Shown here piece by piece: positions 43,752-57,322 of a stretch of 64,000 bases of DNA. Location: the NCBI GenBank assembly GCA_002269645.1, contig NIVC01000151.1:1-64000 (forward strand), given 5' to 3'. Position 1 is the stretch's first letter. Every line of letters starts with the position of its first letter. The notes beneath the pieces were generated by a model. The model was not told the DNA's origin. It did not search any database and worked only from the letters and a program-made list of their open reading frames with translations. The translations under genes were made by a program, and so were the position numbers. Source of the DNA: Macrostomum lignano. Its lineage: Eukaryota.

Positions 43752-44075
43752 GTGTGGAACGTGCGGAAGAAGCAGAAAGAGCATCAAAAGAAGAAAGAAG
43801 AACCAAAGAGGAAAGAGGATCCAAAGAAGAAAAGTGATATAAAGAAGAAAGAGAAACCAAAGAGGAAAGAGAAACCAAAGCAGAAATGGGACCCAAAGCA
43901 GAATGTGGATCCAAAGAAGAAAAAGGATCCAAAGAAGAATGGTGATATAAATAAGAAAGAGGATTCAAAGAAGAAAGGGGATCCAAAGCAGAATGGGGAA
44001 CCAAATCCGAAAAAATATCAAACGATGAAGGCCGAACAAGGAAAAACCGGAAGCCAGGAAAGAAAGAGAATCTAA
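43752..44075 (+). other. Lys-rich low-complexity ORF with degenerate 18-bp (6-aa PKKKED-like) repeats, function unknown
   Basis: PKRKED, PKKKSD, PKRKEK, PKQKWD, PKQNVD, PKKKKD, PKKNGD, PKQNGE. Confidence 0.4.
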
Positions 44076-45006
44076 ATAAGAGTCCGGAGTGAAAGAAGAA
44101 ATTTGATCTAAAAAGACCGAACTGCAACAGAAAAAACAGGACGGAGATGCAGCAAGTAAAAAACGAAGCCTAACCGAAATTCTTTAAGATTTGTCGTACG
44201 AGTGCCCTAATCATGTACTGAAGGTAACTTGATGAATTAATTTTCTTCTGAGAAATATTTCAGAACTATGATGCTCATTTTTGTTTTACTTCAATCAGTT
44301 GCACTGCGCACACGAAATATTGCTGGTTTCTATTGGGTTTTTGTCACTTCTACATGCCTACTTCTGCCTTGTTGTTTGGTCAATAGTAAATGAAAAATGA
44401 ATAATTGCATAATGTAAGTAATAATTGATAATGGAATTGTTAATAAGTTGAAAATTGAACATTTAAAATTTCTAAGACAATCAGTGAACTTAAAAAAGTA
44501 ACACTTATACACTTGAAAAGATATCAAAGGGTATCAATGAACCAAAGGGGGTAGTGCGTAAAGTATTTAAAATCGGACTTAGAGGAAACTTTTAAATGGC
44601 TGTAATTTTGTGGAGCCGCATGTCCTTGAATAAAACAGAAGTCAAACTGAATATAATTGTTGTGAAAGGCCGGATCGTAACCTGAACTAATTCAGCAAAC
44701 GAGCACAGAAGATGGCGTTAGTCAACTGGCCGAACTGACTTCGGACTCCAAGCGTGGAATCGCGTCACGAGACTTTGTCAGCCGTCCCTATGGCGCAATT
44801 CGAACCCAGCCAAACCCGCAAATAAATAAGAGACGCGACTCACTCTTTGACTTGACACAGCAGTGACTGTGGCGGCGGTAGGGGCGGACTCTCCAATTTG
44901 GACAGTGAATGCTTTTGAGTACATACTGATTTTTTGCTCAGTTACTGGCGATAGTATGCAGAGTCTAGATCGGCACGGAGGGTGGTCTCCCATACCGCCG
45001 CACACG

Positions 45007-45008
<2 letters not shown>

Positions 45009-45036
<28 letters not shown>
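45009..45036. repeat. (TA)n microsatellite
   Basis: About 14 TA units read directly. Confidence 0.95.
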
Positions 45037-45037
<1 letters not shown>

Positions 45038-45400
45038 TGCACTAGCTGGTTAAGTCCCAGGGTATTGCTACGCCAGGCCCAGCTAGCCAAAATTACAAAA
45101 TTCACAACTTGCAGAACGCGACGGTCGTGATTGGAGAAAAATAGCAATCTAATTGATCGGCTGGGCCGCCAGCCAATCGCGGGGCAAGCGAGGGGGAGGG
45201 CGCGCAGAGGGCGCAGCCAGCCAAAGCAGGCTGGCCCAGACAGGCAGTGGGGTGGGTGGCGCGTACACAACTGTCTAAACAACTAAAGGGGGAAAAGCGC
45301 AGTGACGGGTGCACTGACTGCAAGCCCGAGATGGCTAGACAGTGCAGATGCACCCCGACACAAAATAATCAAGCACTTACTGAAACTCGTTAGTGTGCCG

Positions 45401-48400
45401 TTAAGCTGAAGCGCTGTCACTTTGGTAATAGTTTTTGAAGAAATCTGGCTTGCTCGTGTCGAATCCCCTGGCAGAGAGCTCCTCCGGATCTCGGGAAATC
45501 GGCACCAGAAAGGCGGGGCCCAACATGACGTCAGCGCTGGAGAAGGTGGCCCGCGCGATGACGCCCTCGATGCTGGTCACTCCGGAGGGCCCGATGATCA
45601 CGCGAAGCTCGGACCGACGCGCCAGTGGCTGAGTACGGCTCATGTAGCTCTCCAGCTCCTGCGGCAGATGGCTGGGCAGTTTCTTCCGAATGGCCGAGGT
45701 ACTCGCAGGAATGCTCGTGCAGCTGCTCAGAAAAGACCGCTGTGCTTCTCTGGCTTTCTGAAAGCAATCTTCTGAATCTTCTGAATCTTCTGGATCTTCT
45801 GGAACTGCGCATTCCGAGCAGACATTCCTGAAGTCTCGCCAGCTCCGGCTTCTATCCGAGACATCATCAGATGCTTGGAACTCGAGGTTAAACTCAGCCT
45901 CTGCTGTCTTCATTAACTTCTCAAACTCCCGTCGTGATTTGTCAATACTCGGTAAAATAAAGTCGCAGTTAAGCTGAGTGGGCACTGTGTCCATTGCCCC
46001 CCGGATTTCTGCCTCGGCCGAGCGGCATTCTTCATCGAACTTCTGCCAATCCGGATCGGAGGCTTTGGTGCCTCCCATTCGTTCGCAGGCTGTGGCTGCA
46101 TCAGAGTTGAAATCGATTGCAGCTGACTGTTGGGGCTCGCAAAGGGCCCTAGTTCTTTCGGTGCTCGAGAATACCTGAGCTCCATTCGGGGAGCAATTTT
46201 CTTCAGACAGTTGAAAATACTCAATGCTAGCAAACTCGAGAGTTATTGCAGAAGATTCGGCTATTCTCATCGAAATGCCTCGGACTGGGTTTGGTTTTGG
46301 AAAGCTTGCGTGCGCATCAAGTTTTATCTCAGCGCTTATAAAATCTTCAAAAGATTGCTGGGCGCTGCTATTTATCTCAACCGTACCAACCAATCCGAGA
46401 TGCTGGGTGTACTTTCCATTGTTTCGCTGCAAATTTTGACAGTCCAGTTTAATTTGGGGAGCTTCTATTGTGTATTCCTGTAGCGCAATTGTACCATTGT
46501 TTGCTATCAAAGAAATCGGCTTGATGGACGTCAGGCTGCTGTTGCTGATGCTGATTGATGAAGAAGATAGGGTTAAACCGAATACCAGAGCAAGTTCAGT
46601 GCTTCGAATATCCAATTCGAGGTTAGTGCTCAGCCAGAGGAGCTCTCTGCACTGTAAGTTCGATTCACTGAGAAAGCAAATCAAGTTTTTTGTATTCAAA
46701 TTCGAACAGTCTATTTGCAGTTGCTCAAACTTGCAGCTTTTTGCACACTGAAAAGTTGGCATGATTTCGGAGCGTACGAGAAAATAATTGGCTGAGACTC
46801 CGGACTTCACTGAGATTTGGCCTTTGGCACAGGCTGTCAGTTGTGAGCTCACAGTCGTGTCCTCCAAGTGCAAATGTCAGAGCATTCTATTCGAAGCGAC
46901 TCGCTGACTGAAGTATGACTGTCGATTCTGACGCATCTTGATGCTATTTGCAGGTTTCCGCCAATCTGGCATCGACTGAGGTGCGCATTGCTGGCCGCGC
47001 TTATCGAGGATGTCGAGGATCCGTCCTGTACGTCTGCGCCCGTCAGCGTCAGGCGATGGCTCTCCAACTTGAACCAGCTAAGCCTTGGGCTCACGAGTTC
47101 CAGCGTTGCTTGCTTTCCGAACGACTGAAGACACTCTGTGAACTGACAATCGGCAATTCGCAATGAGCCAGACACAAATAAATCGCAGCTCTTGGACACC
47201 TTCGCCTTCTCGATGAATCCGGTGCAGCAGCGTAGTGTCAAGGATGCACATAACACTGGATCTTTCCATTCGCAAGACTCACAGTCAATAGTCACATCTA
47301 AGTCAAATCGGTTTAACTCCGTTGCTTTGAATGTACGGCACTTTAGTATTGATTCGCCATTGAATATGCAATAATCGCCGAGTAAAATATCCCGAAAGTC
47401 CAATATTTGAAAGGTAGATTCCGTTACGACACTTTGAATCTTTGCGATAGCTATGCAATTGTATTCGCATGGGACTTCTGGCGAAATAAAAACTGACCCA
47501 AATTTAGAGTCTGAGATCCACACGTCCCTTACTTCAGCTATCAGCTCCTGCTGAACGCCTGTTCCATCAGCTAGGACCAGAGTGTCGCATGAAATTCGGA
47601 CTCGATTCAATGAAGAGTTCAGCACGGACAGATTTCGCACAGAGCCAATAAGAACATGGATGAATCCTGCATTGATCGCACAGTTCAGAGGATCTGCGTC
47701 CAATAATAGCTCCGGGGCGACAAAATTATCTAGCTCAATCTTATTAGCGGGCAAGACAACGGCTTTCTCAACCGTCACCCGAGCAAGTTTGAATTTCTGG
47801 GGTTTCTTGATCACTTGCAATCGAACGATTCGGATATCACTTACACAAACCGATGCTGCTTCACCGCACGTACTCGAGTCAGAGATCACCATAAGCTCTT
47901 TAGAGTATCCTTCATTCTTCTTGTCTGGATCTCTGCCATCTAGCTGAAGCCTCCTTGCTTGTACTTGCAAGCGATTTTGAACCATTACACCGCGTATTTC
48001 CGCCTTGATGGCTTTGAGCAGGAGGTTCGCGATGAACGCGCAACCAGTAACTCGTGCCGTACCAGTGACTTCCGCTTGCACTTCCTGAAGACAGCAGTCC
48101 AAAAGCTTCAGTTCCCGAGTCTTCGTCCAGATCTGTGCATGTTTTACCTCCTTGAGTTCACAGAATTCTGAGTCGCTAATTCGGATTTTATCAGAACTTG
48201 TGTCGGACACGCTCACGATGGGGCTCTGAATATCGACATTCGCTTTGACCATGCAGCCCTCCAATCGGACACGTGCGTGAGCCCGAATGATGCCGAGGTT
48301 AAAGACGCACTCCATCAGGCGAATTTCTCTTCCGGCAGCATCTATCAAGTTGATTCTCGATATTGTGTCCAGCAACACAGTGGGTCCGGGCTCGGTTTCA

Positions 48401-51400
48401 GCAGCTCGAATAAAGAAGTTTTTCTGGAGTCCGCACGTGGTGGAGATGCAGCAGCGCCGACACTGGGATGTAATCTGACCAACTTCAGAGTCACTGACTG
48501 CCAAAATGCCTTCTGTCTGCACCTGTAAATTATGCACACTGCAGTTTGATTTGATTCGTACATCACCCGAAATGTTTTTAAAGACGGCATTTTCCAAAAC
48601 TTCTATGGAACTAACTACCACGAAGAGGGAATTCAAAATGGTCAGCTCTTCTGCCTGTAGTTCCATTAGCCTCACTCTCAGCAGCCCGCATTCAGCGCCC
48701 CGAATAACGACAGAGCATGTGGCGAAGCACTGAGAAACTCGGGCTGAGAACACAGCTGTCAGCTGCAGATCCGACAGACACTGGCATCCGGACACGCACA
48801 ATCTGCCCGACTTCAAATGACTAGGGCCGGCAGAATTGAGGTCAGAAACGAACAGACGGAAGTTCCCCGTGTCTATACTTAGACTTCCCACTATGATTTG
48901 ACGAAGTGCTGCATGGCCTTTGGCGGCAATGCAAGCACCGCCATTAACGATAAGTTTACTGACTTGCAGTGAGGAATCAGTCAGCAGATTTAGTTGCCCC
49001 AGCTGGCAATCTTTCAAAGTAGTTGAGCCTACAATGACAGCATCACAGGAATTCGTAATCATCAGCCTCTCCAATTTGGTATTTCCTCCTGACAGGATCA
49101 TGAGAGAATTTGCGCTGGAATCGGACATTGTGAGCATGCGACAGAAAATCTCCATGTTCCCCTCCACTTCGCACGTTCTCACTGTAGATCCCACTGAGCA
49201 GTGGCGAAGTTTCATTGAGCCCAGGTAACTGCAAAATGAATGCGCGGCTTCGGACCAAGCAATGAGATTATCTGAGACACTTGACTTTGACAGGCGGAAG
49301 CATTCGTCAGCATCTGCATAAATCTGCTTTGCCTCTGTCTGGAACACGCTTAACTGCTTGCCCCTGAAGAACAACCGAACAAATTTGCTTTGCTTTGAGG
49401 CAAGTTTCCGGCACAGAGCCACGAAATCATTACTGACCATCGAGCTCTCAATGACGATTTCACCTTTGCCCGGACAAATTACTCGAAGCTCCGAAAGCAT
49501 GGTGCCTTTAATGCTAACGCAATTGGAACATACGACCATCTTTTCAGTAGCGTAAACATTTATTATTGCGAGAGATTTTCCGCTCACGCAGATTGCAGTT
49601 CCGAGGTCTGTCTTAGCCGTATTGCCTGAAATCTCCAAATTGTTGCCTGAGCGAGCCGTCAGGTCCATAATACTGGAGTCGCTTATTGTAATGGTTTCTG
49701 TAGCAACAACCTCTAATGTTCTCGCCGATAAAAAGGAAGCCTTGAAATCTGAGCAAGCCACAGATATATCTTGTGCTTTGAGTTGGTCAATGCTCAGTGT
49801 CTGGTGTACTCTGCATTGTAATTTCTCAAGGTGGCAACCGGCAGTAATAGTAAGCTCATTGCAAACATTAGCTACGAAAATATTATGCACTTTCGATGAT
49901 CTGAGTAACAGGTTGCGTGTAATCAGACAATGCCAATCGACAAAAGAGCACTTCAGCGTCTGGCAAAAGTCGCTCGAAACAATGCAGACTTTTATTTTAG
50001 AAGACTCCAACTTTATCCTTCCCATGCCGGATTTCTCAAAGGCCAGCAGGTGCGCATGCTTTGTAAAAATTAGCTTCGCATTAAATTCTTCTGTACATCT
50101 TACCTCCAGTGCTTTGGTAATTATACTGTTTTCTATACTTCCTGATTCAGACAGAAGGTGCATTTTCCAGGCAGCTGCGTTAGTCACCGTGGCATTCACA
50201 GCCGAAATCCAAACACCAGTCTCACCAAGGAGTTCGTCAATCACCAGACTCTGATCAGTCGACATCAGCATGGTCTCTGCAGACCAGATTCCGTGTGCTT
50301 CGATTACTCCACCCCTCAGAGTGACTGAGCCCTCGCTTGATGTCAAGAATCGAACTCTCAATTGTTCATCCGCTAAAATGTGCACATCTGCAGTGCACAC
50401 AAGCCAAGTTGTCAGCTGTTCGGACCACAGCTGAACGCGGACAGCCTTGATGAGGACTCCGTCCTTTACCGATATGGACCCATCGCAACGCCAGAATTTG
50501 CACTCGTGCATTATTTTCGCCGCTTCTATTCGAGTTGGCCCCACCAGACACAGCCAGTGGCTGCGTTCGAAAATTCCTTGAAGCTTTAGCGGAAGCCAGT
50601 CGCTGTGGCATAATTCTTCCCAGAAGGCGATTAGTTCTTCCTCTGGCTCAGGCGAGCCTTCTCTGACCGCAGTAGTGAGCTTCGCGACTAAACAAACAAA
50701 TTCATCCATTGAATTTTGCTCAGGGCTAGAAGTCCGGATTCGTTTTAGCGTCTCTGCCAACCATTTAGTGGCAGTGGAGACGAGCTGTGCACACCGCTTG
50801 TGATCTTCTAAAAACATTTTTACCGATTCGAGCACCATGAATTCAAATTGCTTTCGCATCTCGCTGTTTGGCTGGGGGACAGCTGTAGAGTTGGCACCCA
50901 GGCATTTTTCAACGTTTTCACGACTCGCGCTTTGTTCGCCAACTTTAGATTCGCCTGTTGTGCACACGTGCTCAGCAAAGCCGAAGTGAGAAATGTTCTT
51001 GACTGCTATTGTGGGGCTGTGTAGTTCGGCATATATAGACAACATGATGTAGCAGTTCAGCTGCAATGAGCTTTTTGCTGAAATTATCGCTGGGTAGAAC
51101 TGATCCTCGCTGCTCGAGCACATGTGCATCTGAGCGGTAGCATCGAGTCTGACATCTTTTGCACTCAACGTTCCCTGATTGTGCAGCAGCTGAGATGCAG
51201 CAACGGACAGCGATCTAAAGCAATCCACCCTCCCGGTCACAACAATACTTTCCGCTTGACAATCAATGCCACCCGTATCGTGTACGGACGCCTGAAAGTA
51301 AATGAATCTGCTTCTTAGATTAAAGTTACCGCAAAATTGTACTTTGCTGCCTAGTTCAAAACTGGCGTTTTTCCAGGCGTGAATTTCAAGTGTATCAATG

Positions 51401-54400
51401 TTGCGAATCTCGGAACCAGTTTGCAGGGTGAACTCCTGAGCACAGATTTTTACTTTAGCAGTGCTCACTTCATAGCTTCCCACTAGCGATTCGTCGAGTA
51501 CAACGCCCTGAGGGCAAATGATTTCAGTTTTTTTAAGAGCGACCTGCTCAACGTTTTTTACAATGAAGCGTGCCTGGTTCAGCTTGACTTTGCTGGTCTC
51601 CCAGGACAACCGGCGCACAGATTTTATAGCCATTAACTCAGACACTGAAAGGGTTGCAGACTTAAAATTGCATGTACCTTCGCATCCCCCAATTAGCAGA
51701 AGTTTCCCTAAATCAATTTCGCTCTCCGGCAGAACCGTGGCAGTTTTGAAGAATTCGATCAGCATCAGCGATGGCTGATTGCCGTGAACGATGCGACCGC
51801 TTATTGTGCATTCGTTGACATGCAAAATGAGATTTGTCGAGCTTTCACCTCCGAACTGAATCAATCCACGACAATAAAATTCATCCGCGTGTACCACTAT
51901 CGCGGCACGGTCTTCATCTTCCAAAGAAGCGAAAAAACTGCCTTCAGTCACGACTTCCTTTGCCAGAATTGTCACGTGTCTCAGACGCAAGAGGCGAAGA
52001 ACGGCCGCATCACAGAGTAAAAGTCTACGAGCTCTCACAAGGCAGCTGCTTGCCCCAACGAACTCCGCATTGCCACTAATCTCCAGTTCAGTCTCACAGT
52101 TTACCAGAAATTCTCCGCACACGCTTTGCTGGCTTTGAACGGTCAAGTCCTGTGAAATCGACAGCTTCTGCACCATAATCTGGCTTGGCATATCCATTTC
52201 AGCGGCCATTTTCAGCTCAAGACTGATTTCAGACCCCATAAATTTGTTGCATTTTAATTTTGACCCTTGCTGACCTTCAATTACAATTGCTTTAGCATTT
52301 CGGTTCTGCCGGTCGTTTACGTGGCTGATTAACAAACAGCCCACCGTTATTTTCTCCAGTTTCGACACAGTCAGCTTTATCTCCGAAGCAGACGGGGACG
52401 GCTGAACGAGGAGTGTGTCGCAAGTGACGCTTCGCTGCAGTTCAATTGATTCAGAAGCTCTTAAGTGAAGAAAAGTTTGCTCAGGCGAGCACACTTTTGA
52501 ATGAAGTGCTACGGACCCTGACAAGCATTGGAAGCTGGCGCCGTTCATTGGAATTTGCAGTTGCAATGGCTGGCTGTGAGATTTGGCGTGGATATGCAGC
52601 ATATTAGAATTTACTGCTGTGCACGAGCTGCGAACCAGCTTGTACATGGCCCTCGAGGTAGCAGCTTTCCTGTGGCCCTAACCAGGCAATAAAGACGATT
52701 CCATGGTCTGATGCAATGCTCCCAGCTGAATTATCAATGTCTCCGGACTCGATGATTAAATCCGTGTGGCTGTGAACAGCACCAAAATTAGCTATGAAAT
52801 GTGCACTGATCACCAAGCTTCCGTTAGCGGACTTCAATTTAGTATTCGACGATATTGTAAGATGCTTTCTTGTCAAAACTGAAATGGAGTCATGTACTTC
52901 AAGGTTTCTGTCTAGCTCACAATCACTGTCTAAATCAATGCATAAGGCCTTCATTCCACTTATCATTCCTTTGTTAACAAATCGGTTTCCCCTTATGTAT
53001 ACAGACGCTCCATGCTCTTCTCTTGTCTCACGACCTGTTTCACCTTTCTTGCAAAGCTTCAGGCTGCCTTGGTGAGTGAATTTAGTCCCGATGAAGATGC
53101 TCAATTCGCGAGTAAAAAACTCCCATACTGATCCGCTTTGTGTTTGAGCTTTGTTTAACACGATTTCGATGCTATTCGCGCAATATTCTTGACTACACTG
53201 TGGAGGACACAGCAACTGGCTCTTAGGACCAAAGTTCACTGTTGCAGCAGGAATGACAATGCCCGCGCACTCCATGCTGCAGTTTAACTCTACGTCAGGT
53301 CCAAAGCCACAGGTTCGAAGCCAGGAATGTACAACAAGTGGTCCTTCAATTATTTTAATACTTCCTTGCAGCGAAATATGACCAGCTGGACTATAAATGA
53401 CACCTACCAAAGACTCCATGGCCTCAACTTCAGCCTGAAGCGCAAGCTGAGCAAATGCGCAGACAGTGACTCGGTAGCCACCCAGCCTGCCAAACACGGA
53501 CTCACTTGGTCTCCTTGTGGTAATTTGAAGCTCAGCTTTGTTCTCCTTCTCAGAATAAGCAGCCGCATTTATACTCTGTGAGAAACTTTCAATATCCATT
53601 GAGAACTTCTTGAAGCTGTTGTATATGCATCCAATGTTTTCAAGACTACCTACTACTCTTAATGAACCGCCATTCACTAACCACAATTCTGCCCCTGCTT
53701 GGACTCTGCATTTTCCAACCTCGAATTTATTCAGCTCTTCTATCTTGACTTCTCCTTGGACATTGAGCCTACCGCGGCACCAACCGCTGATTGACCCACT
53801 TTTCCATACAGACCTTTCTTCGACAAACGCATCCCCACCAATTTCAAGATGAACTTTTGCACCCAGAAACTGGCTGAGGTTGGCAACATCCTCACTAACA
53901 AGACAGCAGATACTCTGTGACTGGTATTTTCCCTTACTTTTTGCCTCCCACTTCAGGAGTATCGCGTTCCTATTGAGTTTATTCTTTTCAGCGACACCCG
54001 GTGGATTCGGCGCAGTTCCCAGATCAGCAATCGCCTTTCTGAGCTTCGCAATGGCGCTTTCACCTTTTTTGTCTTTGAATGTAGGATCAGCCCCAGAAAA
54101 TAGCAGCTTTTTCACTGCTGCAGAATCACCTGTGGACGAATCGATCAGTTGCTTGTCGGCGTCTCTCGCTTTCCTTTCAGCCTTGCTTTGCTTGCCAGCG
54201 TCACTGAGGTATCTTGACACACGAGCTGCAGACTCCTTGCTCGATACTGGAGAGCGAATCTGCTTTGCCGAGATTTCTATCTTGTGTTCAGCAAATACGA
54301 CTCCAACATTTGTTATGCCATCAGTACTGATCAAACTTACTTCTTTGGCCTTTTTATGCCGGTCCGAATATCCGATTTTTGCATCCATTTTTACTACAAT

Positions 54401-54790
54401 ATTTCCATTAACTCGAATGGAAAGGCTGCCATCAGCTTCCTCAGTTGAACAGGGAAGCGGCAAGATGCTGCCAAACACAATCAGGCTGGATGACACCTCC
54501 CGGATCGTTGATTCGCATAGCAACTGCGAGCACTGAACAACTGAGCTTTCTGCCACCACAACTTCTGAAGAAAGAAGTTTTATTTTGGACCCTCGCATGC
54601 ATCTAGATGAGATATTAATTCCCTTTGTGGACTCCAAGACCAATCGGTTAAATTCCTGCTTGCAGTCGGCCACCGTGATCTTTGTCGAACTAATTTTGAT
54701 ATTATCCGAGATTGTCATGCCTAATACTGCCAAAGACACTTCTCTTCTTTTTTTATTTACTTCGACATTGCAGCTCCATTGTTCCTTCCT
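45401..54790 (-). CDS. Giant exon (~3,130 codons) of an uncharacterised beta-solenoid-like protein with FHA-like motifs and one ankyrin-like repeat
   Basis: ORFs 52604-54850, 46849-52647 and 45401-46873 overlap by 44 and 25 nt and join by single-base frameshifts, the second in a T run (ATT TTG needed, ATTTG seen). A strong minus-strand acceptor TCCTATTTCCTTTGCTACTCCTTTCAG precedes 54790 in phase 0. The central 1,932-codon frame is stop-free. Confidence 0.85.
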
Positions 54791-56018
54791 CTGAAAGGAG
54801 TAGCAAAGGAAATAGGACGATTCTGAATTGAGATGACACAGCATACGCACTACACATTAATCTACAAGGGTATAGAGAGACGGTTAAATGCAGCACGAAC
54901 TCACTGTTTACAAACTAAAACGCAAATCAAACACCCTTCTTCTACATCCCACGTGTAGATCTGATCTGGAGCGAGTGGGTATGGGGAGTAAAAAACACAA
55001 AGAACTCAAGGTCTGCATTGACGAATTTTGATTGAACACAACCGCGTCATCTTATCATATACTGGGAGCTATAGAGCGCCCGTTCTATAAAACAATGCAA
55101 GTTGAAACGCTCGGCGGAATTGCAGCACACAGGGCGATCAGGAGAATCGCAAGCAAAGAGAAAACTGCTCACTGTTCGAAGTAGTCCCAAACTAACTTAT
55201 TGTCCGCTCACAGCGGTTTGAGAATGATAGAATCGCATCTCAGTATTTGGTTACTCAAGCCATCTAGCGCGATCTCATGTCTATTTTGGTGAAGGTGGAA
55301 GATGGCAGGGAACGAAAACATATTCTTGGTACAGATACTTTCTAGTATGGATAGCTAAGGACTCTTCATTTGCAACGGCGCACCGTGAGCCGAGAACTAA
55401 AAAATGGCGCATAAACTCCTATTTCCCGGGAAGAGAGGAATGACGTGTGTAGACAATAGACCAAAAAGCATGTCTGGCCACCGTATTGCACTTGAGTCGC
55501 ACCTAACTGTTCCTCAGTAGTTTTGTTTGAAAATTCACTTGGAACCTTAATGGAGAAAAAATGGAAGATAATTCGTTTTTTCATTAATAAGATGAGGAAT
55601 GAGCGACTCTTGCCTCCCCCGCTGTCCTTGGACCGGCCTGCAGCTAGGAGCCTGCTATACACTGCTTGCACTTGTTCAGGACGATTTGCAACGCGAACCA
55701 CCACCAATTGCGCCAGTGCAACACGAGAGAGTAAAGTACGCTCGTACAATACAAGCCTTATGCATCTAGGCTAGCTAGCCTCTAGCCTCAAGCTTTAAGG
55801 AAAGGTATGAATAAGCCGACTGGCATCACAGGATCCTATATACAAAAATGAGTTGTCTGTATGTATGTGTGCTATAGATTTCAGAAAAATAATTGACTAA
55901 AATTATTGTTCTGCATCTAGTGAGCTTGCTGATTACAGTGAGCTTTTGACCTAAAGTACAGGCGGCACCTTGAATTTGAAAATGATGTAAATCAAAATCT
56001 CTTCAAAAGTGGTCTTAC

Positions 56019-56240
56019 CTCCTCATGGCTCCTCCTAAACTTGACAAACCATTTTTCGACTTCCGCGTGGTTTGTCTTTTGCTTCTTGCTCGCTTCTGTC
56101 CATCTACTGGACGAAAAAGAAGGAGGTCCTTCCAAATCAAAGACGAGCACACTTTCCAGGCTTCCATTCTGCCTTGTGGATCTTTTGTTTTTGACTAGAA
56201 AGCGAAAATGGTGCTTTAAGTCGTGCCTGTCGTCGTTCAT
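56019..56240 (-). CDS. Putative first coding exon (74 aa) of the giant minus-strand gene
   Basis: ATG at 56240; the ORF reaches GAG|GTAAGA after exactly 74 codons (phase 0), matching the phase-0 acceptor at 54790. Intermediate exons are not excluded. Confidence 0.5.
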
Positions 56241-57322
56241 TTGAAGTTTTAGAGAAAATATGTCAGAAAATCTTATCTGACAGTAGATTCATGCACCTGT
56301 TAGGGAAGGAGGTTCTAGGAATCTAGACAACTTCACTTATTGTGGCTCAGCTAAGAGGCAGAGTGCATGCAAATTCACTATACGAAAAAATTATCCTTTC
56401 TTAAAAGGTGAGAAAGTTTCATCTGTACCTGCAGTCGGTCTACGCTCGTACTGTTCAACAGAAAGAGAAGTTCAGTTTTGTGTGCTCATGGACCCGAGGA
56501 GGCGGGCCATTTCTGCGTACATTTTGCAGTGTATTACACTATAATTGCGTACTTACAGTGCGCTAAATTTCTAACCCATGCTGTTTGTTTTTGCAGTTAC
56601 CTTCTACAAGGTACTAATTCTTGCACCATCGCAAATATGAGATAAAGTGGACTGGTAAGTAAGACATTTATAAATATAAAACATTATAAAAAAATTCTCG
56701 TTTAATCACTGCTTAAAAATCTTGATCCTGGTTGCTATACACGTCACATGCCCAAAGGTAAGAAAGAAACGTTATTGCTTTGTGCAAGCATATAATGTAC
56801 TCGCATGTGATTTGAATTTATAACTGAAGCTCCAATATGGAATTTGACTGCATACTAATAGCTCATAGGCTGTTGGTCACTGTGATTTTATTGCTTACAA
56901 AAAAACTACATTTTTTATACATTAAGTTTCAATGCGGGGATTCAAACAAACTACTGCAATTGATAACTTGTCAGACCAGTTGACTAGAATTAAACCAGTT
57001 AGTGTCGAGACTTCCCACCAAAGTCCCTTCCTTGGGGTCCCATTGGATAAAAAGGATAAAATAAGGATTTTCGTAAGCTAGAATGAACTGGCTCTAGAAT
57101 GAAGCTCGAAGGTCAGCTCCAGACCAAAGCGCCTGCTATCGATGGCTTACCCTTCTCCAGTAGCGAATGTGGGCAGCAATCAGGGTGTGGAAGCAAACTT
57201 CTCGTTAACGAGGTACGAGCTCGTAGAACGTGGAACATACATTCTCCATTTTTTGCTGCTTTTAGTGTCCGTGCGTTTTTTGATTTGCTTCAATTTAATA
57301 ACAACTGCATTAACTTTGCAGC

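Noticed and set aside
54791-54850. MRMLCHLNSESSYFLCYSFQ as the N-terminus of the giant protein
   Set aside because: It is the translation of a polypyrimidine tract plus CAG acceptor and is most likely intronic.
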